Shown here in pieces: positions 12,005 through 24,075 of a stretch of DNA of 64,000 nt. The notes beneath the pieces were generated by a model that saw only the letters and a program-made list of their open reading frames with translations, was not told the DNA's origin and searched no databases. Source of the DNA: Phoronis australis (lineage: Eukaryota; Animalia; Phoronida); assembly GCA_002633005.1 (NCBI GenBank), contig NMRA01000554.1, positions 1 to 64,000 of the forward strand, given 5' to 3'. Every line of letters starts with the position of its first letter. The stretch's first letter is position 1. A program made the position numbers and the translations under genes.

Positions 12005-12590
12005 ACTTGTTAAATTTAGCAAAGATCCTGCAAACGGTTTAGGAGATACAGCCCTAGGCGCAAAATGAACAAAAATACAACTAGGAAGCGCCACAGTAGT
12101 CGGAAGTCGTCGGAAAATGATCGTCAGCCGTCCTCTTCATAGTAAGAACACACACGCCAATTTTCATCCTCAAAGCAGTTTGGTTGATGGAGGGCTGGAC
12201 GCCAAAAAACCTACCCGAGAACCGTGAAAATGGCCACCAGGTGACGCAAACTACGTCGAATCCATCCGAAAACGGGAGGAAAGCGTCGTCTTACTAATAC
12301 GTACCTATATACCAAATTTTATGAAATCATGTTGAGGACTTTTGAATATACAGAAGTAAACGTAAAAAAATAAAATTGCCACTAGGGGGCACACCGGTGG
12401 TCGAATCCGCCCGAAAGTTCGCTCATGCCGTCAAATTCATGAACACAACACATGTGCCAAATTTCATGAACATACGTCAAGCGGTTTTGAAGATAGAGCA
12501 GCGGACGCCGGACGGACGGACGCCGAACAGACTGACGAACGGACGGACGGACGGCATAATGCGTCCACATATAAATATGTGGGCGCATAA
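12005..12590 (-). repeat. Near-identical duplicate of the 11418-11977 HINE end, after a single N
   Basis: Sequence restarts at n12004 and repeats the preceding ~590 bp; probable contig-overlap or haplotype artefact. Confidence 0.7.
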
Positions 12591-13309
12591 TAATCAGTAA
12601 CAAATATAGAATTAATAATAACTTAAAATTACTACACTGAATACCATTCAACCACTCCCCATTTAGTCCACATAATTGCCATAAAACCTGACTCGCAACA
12701 TTTTTTGTTTTAAGGGAGTTAAACACAGAACGTTCGCTCTCATTTAATTTGAATAAAAAAGTTCACAATTCTCTCCATAATTAGTAAAATGTACCAATTA
12801 ATCACAAAAGCCTNCATTTAGTCCACATAATTGCCATAAAACCTGACTCGCAACATTTTTTGTTTTAAGGGAGTTAAACACAGAACGTTCACTCTCATTT
12901 AATTTGAATAAAAAAGTTCACAATTCTCTCCATAATTAGTAAAATGTACCAATTAATCACAAAAGCCTCCTAAAAGGCACCATTACCTCAAGGCGCTGTA
13001 CTTGATTGTAATAAAGCAAGCACAGTTTTTGTGAGACCTTTGCAACAAAATACATAATTTCCTTTCTGCGAAAACGACAACACAGATATAAAGATACTCT
13101 AAAACATGCAGCGAAAAAATATTGATTTTCTACATGTCTACACTGCACACATGTGTGTAGGCGTATAAAAACCAGTTCATTTTGTTTGAAATTCCGAGTT
13201 TTCTCATTGTTACACTAGTCTAGGTCAATATAGTCCTAAGGTCCACAAGCCCGAAGATTACCCTTTGTAACGGCACACATTTATGAAAATGTAATAGCAA
13301 CAACATGCC

Positions 13310-14310
13310 TTCCGTATAAAATCACGGTATTCTTGGGTACGAAGGTTTGCAAGCCAGGCTAGAACTCATAAATCCGAAGATCCACTCAAGCCCGGAAGTC
13401 GATCAGTTCTAAAGCTAAGTTTATAGTTTCATCATACGAGGTTCCGAACAGTAATTTCGAGCAAAATGTTCGAAACTAGTTTTTCGAATAGCCAGTGCCT
13501 CTCAAACAGGATTAAAACAAAGTTCTGCAACGCGGACTGAGCTATAATTGTGTCACATTTATTTGTATTTTCAAATTTTCGTTTACCGCCACTAAAACTT
13601 TGCTGCTCCGTTGTCGATGACACGCAGATATCGTTAGATTACCTTTTACATTTCTGTTTTCTTTTGTTGATTATCGTCTTCCATCTTCCTTCTTCTGGTT
13701 TGGTTATTCGTGGGTAGCAGCGTATCGTTGCGGTATGAGTATGTCGTTTAAACAGAAAAAACGTACATTAACAAAATTTTCAAACAATCGGCAAATCAAC
13801 GATTGTTTTCGATTTGTCACTCGGGGACTAATTAATCCTGGTCTCTACCTCGGCAGTGACCGATCACGGGAACCACTGCTTTGCTCCGTGACGTGGTTGC
13901 AGCATCTGCACAGGCATTCAGAATGTATTTTGTGACCTTGAACTTCATCTGGGTGCATTTATGCTGTTGCGCCACAGTTAGTATGTTAGTGTAGTTGTTT
14001 GTCGACCATTAGAAAGAGCGTTAGCGCCAGTGGGAATGTACCAGCAAGGCAAGTAACAAACGTCTTGTCTAAGCAAATGATAATACATTTGATGGATGAA
14101 TAGTCCTATCCATTGAATTGCATGACCGTCATCACGACACAAACACTAATACATTGGTGCAATCCACAGTACAACTAAAATACAACGGAATGGACACCAC
14201 ACTGTTATAACAGGTAGAGAATTGTAACAGCAAGTGTCAGACAGACAAAATGTGATAAACGGGAGTTACCCACCTGTATATCCCTGTATGTTTCGGAAAA
14301 GACACCATCT
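13310..14310 (-). pseudogene. Further decayed copy of the 1-1250 block
   Basis: Colinear similarity to 1-1250 (TEQQSFS..K.KF.N peptide shared). The start codon is replaced by ACG; the gtaatc donor is retained at ~13641. Confidence 0.4.
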
Positions 14311-16469
14311 TGTGGTGCGCGCCGTCACCGAAATGGCCACAATCTGAGACAGCAGGCCATCTCACTCAAAGAGAAAATTTCAATTGGCAATTCTATTACT
14401 AATCGGAAGGGGTTATTGCACTTTTCAATAAGCTCTGAGCACTTACAGACCGTCACGGTTGTTTCAGTAATTATTAAAAAATATATCTGAAATAATTATC
14501 AAGGTACAACAACTAAAGAAGACATTCGCAAATTCAATCAAGCCGTAGAAGTGAAACAGTCAGTCAAACACGTCGTTACACCTTCCAGATCAATGAACTC
14601 GTCCTTTGGCAATTCTGAATATCGAAAGAGTGTTCTCAATGGAAATCGTGCTATGTGTGATTCTGCAGTGGAAAGTCCGAAGAGATCGTCGTGGGATCTG
14701 CATATGAATGGGTTACTCTGAAAAACTAAACCACATGGTGGCTACGACGAAGTTAGATACAGGTCGTTGGTCAGTCTTTATTCGTGGCCCAGAGATTTGC
14801 CTTGGGGGTCGTGGTCCCTGAAACAATTTGATGGATAGGCTGCTGGTTTTGTTGTTCGATTTACTACCACTTGTACTGCTTTCCACTGGTGGGCTTTACC
14901 CGCTCGTTTACACCGCGATTAACACGAACCCGGACGGCCCCCGTGAAAATAGTTATATGCGAAAATGACATGTATCACAATGCTACATGTGTATAAATCA
15001 GGGCATTGATCTGTGTAAATAGTTGATCTAACTCGTTCAATGCTACGTGCGAGATTTCTATTTCACAGGCTGAAAACGAGCCCTAAAAGCAAAATTGACA
15101 TTAGCTACAGACGCTCGTGCACAAACTGGGAAGTTCAAATAAGGTTGAGAAGTGAATTGTTGAAGGTATTTGTGTCTCCTCTCATGCCATATATTGGTCA
15201 AATCACGTGACATACAGTGTAGTTAAATGTGAAAATATTGACCGATGACTTTCTATTAGCAGACGTTAGTAGCAGAAAATCTCGGGTTCGAACCCCAGTA
15301 TAGACACTGAGAGATCTTTAGGTCACGTGATGTAACCATGAAACACATGGTGTGTATGAAGACTAACACTCCTTGCTTATTGATCTTCAAATTTTAGCGC
15401 TTTTACCTTGTTAATGAAACTGCGAAAATTTGTGTCAAACATGCATTTTGTTACTGTGACACAAGCAACTTTTTCTATGTAACTTACAAAAAGCAAGGGT
15501 AGAGAAATTTTACATCATGTAAAATTTAAGCATTTGTCGCAATGCTGCATTTCTCTAAGATTACAGTCAGTGTGCAGGGGATAGGCCGTTATTTAAATGA
15601 AAACCATTCATTACACAAAACGTGTCTAATCGGGTCTGCCCAATTTTGTCATTGAAAAATTATTATTAACTGCTAACTGGTTAATGCAACAGAACATATG
15701 CAAGAGTCATGATGCTGCTACTTGCTATCTTGGAGACTACTGTGTTCTAGTTTTTCCACCTTAGTTTGCACACTGGATTGTAATTTGTCGGTATGTTTCA
15801 GAAAATAAAAATGGACATTCCGTACAGATGTTGTTGGTATAACAAAGTTACATACCTATTAATCAATATTTTTAAAAACCGTCCGCCATTTTCGTTCTTA
15901 CGTTCATAAGGTCCACCTCCACAAACGTGAAAAGCATGACTTCCTTTGTTAGACTAGTTTTTCCAAAGAAAATGAGCTCAAAATTCGAGGATTGCACTAT
16001 TTGTATGAAATTGAAGTCACGTAATAAGCCAGACATCATGAAAACGGCAAACCAAATACTGTTTTAAGCACTGCTTTAACTTAGCATTCTGTAGAAAACG
16101 ATAATGTGTTCAGAATAGTCTCAAGAACAGAAAGTGCGATAGAAAACAATAATTGGGAATGCATTCCAGTGATCGAGTGTCAGAAGGAACAGAAATGCAC
16201 TTACAATGTATTGCTATCAGTGAGAGAATGCTTGCTTCTCATCATAAGTTTTTAAAACGAAAATAGAATTATTCCAAGATAAAGGACGGACGTGGCCTGT
16301 TTAAATGTGGAATTAGGTAGAAAACAATCATGTAATGTGGTCAGAGAGAGTACAAGGAACAGATAAAGATCCTTATACAGTGTGCTATAAACATTCGCAG
16401 AATATTAAGTTAATTCCTGTGGAGTTGTTCGATCATTGTCTTCGATGTCATTTGGCTGCACTGGGGGCA

Positions 16470-16800
16470 TTGTTGCCTAAGAGCCCATCCTGACATTTGG
16501 CCAACAGTTAGGTCACATGTGCGCACCCAGCCTTCAATATGGGGGTCTCGAATTCCTGACGTTGTGGACCTTTTGGTAACGAAAAGGCCGGCGGCCGGGG
16601 GCACCACTGTGAAGTGCTCGTTTGTGCTTGTTTAGTGGACTTTTGTCTCATTTTCTCGGACTTTGTGTTTCTCAAAGGCGGACCTTTTTGCCCACTTCGC
16701 CAAATGGAGGCTCGTTCTAGCCCCCCGAGCCCCTGCCCCCACTCCCTAGGTGCGCGCATGAGTCACGTGTCCTCGCAGCTGTTATGGACCCTCTTTGCAG
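16470..16800. repeat. GC-rich interspersed repeat (MITE-like), related copy at ~50480-50700
   Basis: GTGCGCACCCAGCCTTCAATATGGGG...CTCGAATT...GTGGACCT matches 50547-50610. Confidence 0.35.
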
Positions 16801-17128
16801 ATTTAATCTATTCTCTGTGATAAGCTACGGAATAGAAAAATGTTGGGCGTTTACAAACCCATTTAGTTCAATGGGCGGATCTGGCCGAGTCGACAAAAGA
16901 GAGGCAGAAAAAAATCCTAATAATCTTACTACTCGAATTCGAACTCGTATCAATAAACAGCTTGTTAAGACATAATTCATGCGGATGAAGTCATTGAATT
17001 GTGTCTGAACAAGCTGTTTATTGATACTGACAAGGTCCATAAATTGACTCGTAACCAATTACATAAGTTACTCACCATCGCAATTAAACATAACCATTTT
17101 CTGTTTGTTGATAACATTTATGATCATA

Positions 17129-18359
17129 CTAGCCGTTACCCGTTACCGAAATTTCACACAACCCGGGTGCTCAGCTCGTCACCTCGTCGTGAAACTTAGA
17201 GCTGACAACCTGCAGGGGTGCATGCAGAATCTGGGAATGAATCGACATTCACCGTAAGCGGATTTAGGGGGCGGGCCAGGGGGCCAGGGCCCCCCCCCTG
17301 GTAAAGCACGCGCGCTCTATCCGCCAGGTCGTGAATTCGAGTCTGTGGTATTTGCAGTTTTCCCTGTTTCACACGTTTTCGGTGTTGTTTTTGCCTTTTT
17401 TGGATAACACTTCAGGAATCAAGGAAAATGCTTGATTTTTAGAGGAAAAAACAGAAAAATTTCCTGGGCGGGAGGGGGTTTGCCCCTCCCGACCTACCCT
17501 CATTCGGTGCTATTCGCATCTACAATCGTGTTTTGCGCAAATGCTTACAGATAAAATGTTGGGCCCCCCTTGTGATATCCTAGATCCGCCACTGTTCACA
17601 GTGCCCGTTACAACCGTTTATAGAAGTAAACAAAATATAATAAACGTTATTTTTCGTAATTCTCCGCCTTTTGTAACAAATGAAAATCCTGTTGCCGTCG
17701 TTTGAAAACCAGTGCAATCTCGTGACACGCGCACGTAGGCGCCATTTCCCAAAACTTTGCGATATCTCTCGAGAGTATTTTCTGAAATTGTTTTTTTTTG
17801 GTATTAAAATAGTAAAAACTTGTAACGAAATGAAACCACTTCCAATTGTTATGACATGTACATGTACGCAACCTCCACAGTTGTTTGAAGAACGTGGAAA
17901 TTGGCCCGATAGGTGAAGCAAAGGCGCCCAAAGAGCGCATCGCAATTTTAGCAGCAGAATAACTGAAGAACGCCAATTTTCCAACACTCGGGTAAATAAT
18001 TTAGTTTACTGAAGGAAGAGTAAAATTTTTTTAATGAGGCATCATTAATTTTGGCAGCGACAGGCCCGATGAATTTTATACGCGACAGAAGCCGAAGGGA
18101 GTAAATTAAGCCGACGGAGGGACGTCACCCAGGCCTTTGAGCCGACCAACTGACGTCACCAAGGCCAGTACAAAACTGGTCACCCTCCCTCGGCGTCTGC
18201 GAAAAAACGGCCCATGAGAAAAAAATAGAACACCTGGAATCCAAATAGGGGGCCGGTGCAATACCTGGGACCAAGGCGGTGCCGAAACGGGCGCAACGAA
18301 GGTCTGTAGAGGAGCTAGGGAGACGGAGTTTGTGCAAACGATGCACTTTACATAATAGA
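17129..18359 (-). mobile_element. Non-autonomous Helitron
   Basis: Minus strand starts TCTATTATG and ends ACGGCTAG with an imperfect subterminal hairpin. Inserted at A|T with no TSD; removal restores the Penelope RT frame TAT GAT CAT ATT GAC GGA (YDHIDG). Confidence 0.85.
17252..17594. mobile_element. MITE nested in the Helitron (CAGTGGCGGATCTAG-type TIR)
   Basis: Left CCGTAAGCGGATTTAGG, right CCTAGATCCGCCACTG, with G/C runs inside. Confidence 0.6.
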
Positions 18360-19493
18360 TTGACGGAGTGGCCACGGGTTCACCCCTGGCAAAAATACTA
18401 TAAAATCTTTGCCCCTGGGACCAGTGTTAGCTAATATTTTCATGTGCAATCTCGAGACTGGGGCTCTGGCTAGTTGTCCACTGTATTGTAAACCACAATT
18501 TTATCGTAGGACGATACTTTTGTTGTATTTTCATCCAAGAGATCAGGGAACACTTTTTTTTCAATCACATGAACAATATGCATCCGTCCATCAACTTCAC
18601 CAGTGAATCTGAGCACGAGTCCTGTTTACCTTTTCTAGATGTCTTGGTTAAATGTGAGAATAGCACTGTTGTTACATCTGTGTATCGTAAGCCCAGTTTT
18701 TCTGGGCTTTATCTTAAATTTGATAGTTTTGTACCGATCCAATACAAGAGAGGTCTAGTCAGTTGCTTGTTACACCGTGCCTGGAGAATTTGGTCCACCA
18801 ATTTAAGTTTTGATAGTGCCGTTGCTAGGATTTTCCAGTTATTGTGTGTGCCAATGGTTACCCTCTGAAATTTTTGAATAGCTGTTAAAGGCACTTCCTT
18901 ACAAAAATGAATGAGGCAGATAAGGTAGCTGTTATTGGACCCGAGAAAAAAAGTTTTCTTTTCTCTTGGTTACACCGGGTCTAGTAGTATAAAATTGAAA
19001 CGTCAATTATCTCGCCTTATTCATTGCATAGACCCAGCCGTTGAACTGATATTTGTTTTCAAACCTCTTCGGAAACTTTCCAGTATGCTATGTAAACTCA
19101 AGTCACCCATCCCTTTATTGAACACGAGCAATAATGTTTATAAGGGTGAATGTGACAACTGTAAGGAATTGTATATCGGACTCACACAGTGACGCCTCTA
19201 TGACAGCCTGAGAGAACATCACACCTCAGAGACAAGCAACATATATAGGCATTGTGTTAGCAACAATCACCAAGCCAATTCAGTTAGTGCTATCTGCAGT
19301 GAAACTAATAAGGAATTACTGTACATTAAAGAGTCACTGACCATTCAGAATCAGCATGCTACTGATTCTCTGAACAACATGTAGAGCTCAGTGACCCTGC
19401 AACTATGGTGATGACCAGCTACTGACTACTCTGTATATCTCACTTCCCTTCATGGATGTCACCTGAGATGTACCTTGGCACTTGTTGTCCTAT

Positions 19494-19542
19494 GTAAATA
19501 TCCTGATGAGGTCTAACAAATAGGAGAAACGTTGATTTATCG
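19494..19542 (+). ncRNA. Degenerate minimal hammerhead ribozyme of the Penelope element
   Basis: CTGATGAG-GTCTA-ACAAA-TAGGA-GAAAC-GTT contains the core boxes, a stem II, and a palindromic AACGTT stem III region. The stem II closing pair is mismatched. Confidence 0.6.
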
Positions 19543-21149
19543 TGAACTTTTTCATTTGTGCGGCGATCGTCCGGTTTTTAATCTTACTGTGGCCAAGAAC
19601 TGATTTAATAAACATGTACTTATCTCGGTCTCAGTGTTGAGTTTGCCCTTGCTCCGTCAACCAACCAGGACAACGTATATGTACTGACGATTCCCGTGAT
19701 TATATTTAGGAAGACTGTCCTTGAACATGAGTTTGGTAATGCTGCGTTTAACACACGGGTTAATTTCAAGTGTATGAGGTAGCTTCGTTGTGTAAAAACC
19801 ATTCAGACTAGTTGTGAATGTTGTAAGCGCCTACCCTGGAAATAATCAACTAGTCAACCAGACTTCCCTGCCATGATGCCACCTATTTATCGACAATGTG
19901 ATTAAGGATACAATGAAAAATCAAAATCTAGAATGTTTCTAGTTTGAGGAAATGCTTACATTGTTAATTTCTATGGTTTTATAGATATTTGGCTAAATGC
20001 GCAGAAAAAACATGATAAGAATCTTACGTTGATACCCCAACCGGTTGATATTGGGCAACTAGACCGGTTGCACACCATAGAAACTGCCCGTTTGGATCAA
20101 AGACACCGTGCTGTTTTAGTTAATTAAATAGCCTCAGGTTGCTGATGTTCTCGTTCTTTAGTTAATGAGACATATCATCATCTCATTGGAGGCGGCAATG
20201 GTATTTCTAAATTTTTGTTTGGAAAGTTTTGAAATATCGCATTTGAATAGTTCCTTAAAATTCAGTGGACAAGAAATGCTACTTATAAGCTAAATGTTTA
20301 ATGTTGCAATAATATGCTAATCATTTTTTCTGCTGGGGCAGTTACCAATCCACCGCGCAGCTTGATTTTGATGTAAGCCAAGTGTAATCGTACAATTCTT
20401 GGCATGGGCCTACCTTGACAACCTTGACTCACATTGTACTCGACACCACATGGATCGACGAGTTTCTCCATCAGTGGGGAAATGACACCGCGGGCACGAA
20501 AAATGTGCAGGAACATTGTTGGTCCGTCAGGGAGGGAAGGCTGAGCCCCGCGAGGGCAGGGAAGTCTTTTTTGTTGCCTTGGTAATGGAATGGTATTAAC
20601 CAACTGAGGAGAGCAACGTAAGCAACACTACTTCCCATCGAGTCACGTGGTCCTAAAAACATTTTATACCGGTATGTGACTAAATTAAAGACAGACACCG
20701 TCAAAAACAGTTTTCAAACCTTGAGAACGACTCTAATAAATTTTTCACGGGGACGAAATTTGCTGCTACACCTCGAAACCTTTGATTCGGCACCGGTGGG
20801 GTGGTACATCTAGTGGGGTCAATAATCTAAGAAATTTGCTGCTCTTTGAATCGAAACAGACTTAGACAATCGTTTTGTAGCAACTGAGCTCTGCGGATGA
20901 AGACCGGGGGTCATAAACCTCTCTTGAGTCCAATATCGTCCTCGGCCATTGGCCTCATGTAACAGTGTTCATCCTTGGGCCATCTATAATTTGTTTTTTG
21001 CATATTAATCCCCAATTACATAATAATCACATCACTTTATAACGAGGCTTAACAATTACGTTTTGACAATCAAAACGCGTCACAAATAATGACGCTTCAG
21101 TTGCATTCTGTCAAGACGTTCTCTTCTGAGGTAGACGTTTAAAGAAATC

Positions 21150-24075
21150 ATGGGTCGAAAAAGTACTAAGAATTTTGTCCGGATGGACAGTGTGACAGCT
21201 TTATTTTATGTGGCAAAACTGAAGCAAAGACGGAAGTGAGTAAATGTATATAAAAATATTGTTTTAAACTCTACAACAGCTGTTTTTGTGATTGGTGATG
21301 AAAACTCGATATTAATTGAATGCTGCTAGTACGATTTATAGTCTGCAGTGTTTGAAGAAATAATTTTATGAAAATCTCCGATTCTTCAGTTCTGTAACAT
21401 CATTTCAGGAGCGTACAAGGAAGATGTGCGAGTTACGACATAATTGGTAATATTTGTTCAATGATACATTGATTCTTTCTTCTCTTCTCCTTCAGGATGA
21501 AAGTAGAAGTAGTGAAAGGCCTTCTGAAATCAGCGAAAGATTGTTTAAATAACAAAAAGACTCTAGCGAAAAATATAAAAAGTAAGTACATGTACTACGA
21601 AGACTTATATACGTAGCTTGGCAAGGAGCATTAAAAGTATTTAGACAATTATTCTGTACGCTAAAACAGTGTATAGCCTAAAAATACAAAAGTTTAATGT
21701 TATATAATTAACACCAAGTATTCGAAAGTTGAAATGGTGCAGCATTGATGGTGTATTTTACAGAGTTCTCGGCGGATCCAAAAGTGGCACAAGGATTCCG
21801 GCAACTTTTCGAGAAGATCGGAGAAATTAAAGTGCAATTGGATACCAATCGGGAACAGGTTGAAGCTGAAATCAAGAGTATCGATAGGTCAGTGAGAACC
21901 ACGAAAATAACCGAACATTACATTCTCAAATCGTCTAAGATTTTGCACCACGAGAAGAAAATTGAGACCACGTTTAAGCGTATTATTCAAATTCTTTGAA
22001 TAAGATGTGTTTTTGTCTGATGTTTGATTAATATTTTAATGGGGCGTGTTTCATTACTTCAGGTGTCTCACAGAAGGGTTGAGGCCCCATAGTCCTCCTT
22101 TGAATTCGTGCCTGCAGGCAACAGTGTACAATGGATATTAAAAATATATTTACAGTACCTCAGCTGCTGCCGTAAGATTAGAGAAAAAGTTCCGTACCGC
22201 CAGCGACGAATTGGCCAGACTGAAAACGGTAACTATCTAAAGAAAGCGTAGAATTTTTCAAGCTATATCCCATTAGAGAAATTAGGCATATGCGTCTTAT
22301 CCTAACTTAAAGTAGTAGACATGTGTCCTTAGTCTGTTTGACTGTTTTTTGTGCATTTTGACCATTGTTTTTAAAAGTACCCAAGTTTTAATCAACTAGT
22401 TAATCTTGTATATCAAAGCTACTCTGATATTACGCTCTTCAGGATATATTTTTTACAATTATATAATTATACGATTATATCAAGATTAGAGTACATCTAT
22501 AACCAGGACTTTGTTATTTTAAGCGCAAGATAAAATGTTATCGCTGACGAACCCTCACACAAAAGGGTTCTCGGAAAAACATTTCATGTTTTACAGAAAG
22601 AAGGCGACTTACAAAATCGTCTCTTCAAATTACCCCCCGGCGAAGGGCCACATCAAAAGAAAAGGGCCAAAATCTACGCCCAGCTAGAAGGACTTAAGAC
22701 GAGAATAATTTCACATGGTAGTCTCGTCAAGACATCCGTTTGTGAATTAAATAAGGTGAGCGTAGCAAACAAACGCGCGAATGAAAATCTAAAGTGGTAA
22801 AACCATTAGTGCGGTGGGCATGAACTTCAGGTTGTGTAGAACCTTACCGACAAGTGTGTGTAGTTAACTAGGTATCTACAAAACCACGTTTTTAACTCAA
22901 TTATATATTTTCTGAAAACAAAAAGCCTACAGAATCTGTTTTTTTACTATTTACCAGTCTGCCGTCTATTGGGTCGCGTGACCATGTCTTTAAATAAAGT
23001 TTACAATCAAAGAAAGGGACATTGATAGCAAAACAACGGTGTCAATAGCGTGACCAATTTTCAATAAGATACAAAAGATTTCGATGAAATCTCAAAAACG
23101 TTGTTATCTTTTCTAAATAATCGTTTCGTTGTCTTTTTATGCAACTATATTTTTTTTCATAAAACCATAGAAGTTCAATTTTCGATTGTCCCTCAAACAA
23201 AAATGGAACACTTTAATTAAGGAAGTCCCTAAGGGCAGGCTATGGGCATATCTCATACTTGAAGCCCTGAAAAGGCAGTTAAAACTGTGCATCCACTAAA
23301 AAGCCCATTTAGCCATTATTCTAAATGCTCATCAATGACAGGTCAAACGATGGGAGCCATTTACAGACTGACGATTTTACGCTTGTGTTTCAGTTGATTG
23401 CCGTAATGGACGACATGGCGTATGGCTATTTACGCATCGACGACGACGATTCCTGCAGGTTAGGAACCTAAAATTTCATAAAATACCTCACCAATGTCTA
23501 TGCATAACTTTCAATCAAGTTGGGTCTTTGAAAGTGTAAATGAACAGAGGCGTGTTTATGCGGCCACCCTTTCTCTCCGTTTTCTCGTAGGCATGTTTTA
23601 TGGCACTGTGTATTTCAACTCATGGATAGACAATTTTAAATTTTAAAACGACCCGTATTACAGATGGGCACGCGGCTGTAGTTTTTTGCTACTTATCACT
23701 TTTCGTCGTCGTCATCATGAACTTGATTGCCATCGTAGTCGACGACATTGCTTTCCAATAAATTAACATGGTTTCATTATGTTTTTCAGTGTGTCTGTCG
23801 ATAACTGCGCCACTAACATGACCGTGCTGCAGGAGACGTCACAAGTTGTTACGACGTGTAGTGCAGAGAAGGTTGACCGTGCAGTAGAATGTGACATTGT
23901 GGGTGCTCATGAACAATCTAGCGAGTTGCCAAGTGTCGAAAGTCAAACAGTCCATGAAACAGAAATGGCGGAGAACCAGATACCACCGATATCTCTTGCA
24001 GAAAACTCGATTCGCACCATGGGAACGGAGATACATATTTATGCACAGGCGATTTCAATGTCTCAAAATTGTTAA
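21150..24075 (+). CDS. Paralogue A: 7-exon gene, 292-aa helical/coiled-coil protein (putative divergent BAR/FAM92-like)
   Basis: Exons 21150-21235, 21496-21581, 21764-21887, 22156-22228, 22597-22755, 23394-23458, 23790-24075. All introns are GT-AG with compatible phases, giving an 879-nt open frame (MGRKSTKNFV...ISMSQNC*). Exon sizes are conserved in the other copies. Confidence 0.88.

Larger units (their letters stand above)
16985..19560 (+). mobile_element. 5'-truncated Penelope-like retroelement (RT + GIY-YIG), degenerate, interrupted by a Helitron
   Basis: NHFLFVDNIYDH|IDGVATGSPLGPVLANIFM, MHPSINFT, LPFLDVLV, TSVYRKP and VYKGECDNCKELYIGLT motifs, with frameshifts and stops. Hammerhead-like motif downstream. 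Confidence 0.9.

Noticed and set aside
6694-12590. Regularly spaced short conserved motifs as a CRISPR-like array
   Set aside because: The 'spacers' are themselves repeated with ~445-bp periodicity and lie within Helentron termini; the context is eukaryotic and there are no cas genes.
11787-12726. Repeated small ORFs (MPLGGTPVVES..., MLLIIMRPHI...)
   Set aside because: Chance frames across HINE termini and the microsatellite, duplicated by the assembly overlap.
12815-12968. 154-bp tandem duplication
   Set aside because: Begins exactly at the single N (12814); contig-overlap artefact.
14490-14721. ~75-codon open stretch on +
   Set aside because: No recognisable motif, start or convincing splice sites; compatible with chance.
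15279-15310. GGTTCGAACCC B-box as a tRNA gene
   Set aside because: No cloverleaf or A box; at most a SINE remnant.
21745-21999. Stand-alone 84-aa ORF as a single-exon gene
   Set aside because: Only 21764-21887 is conserved in frame among copies and bounded by AG/GT; it is exon 3.
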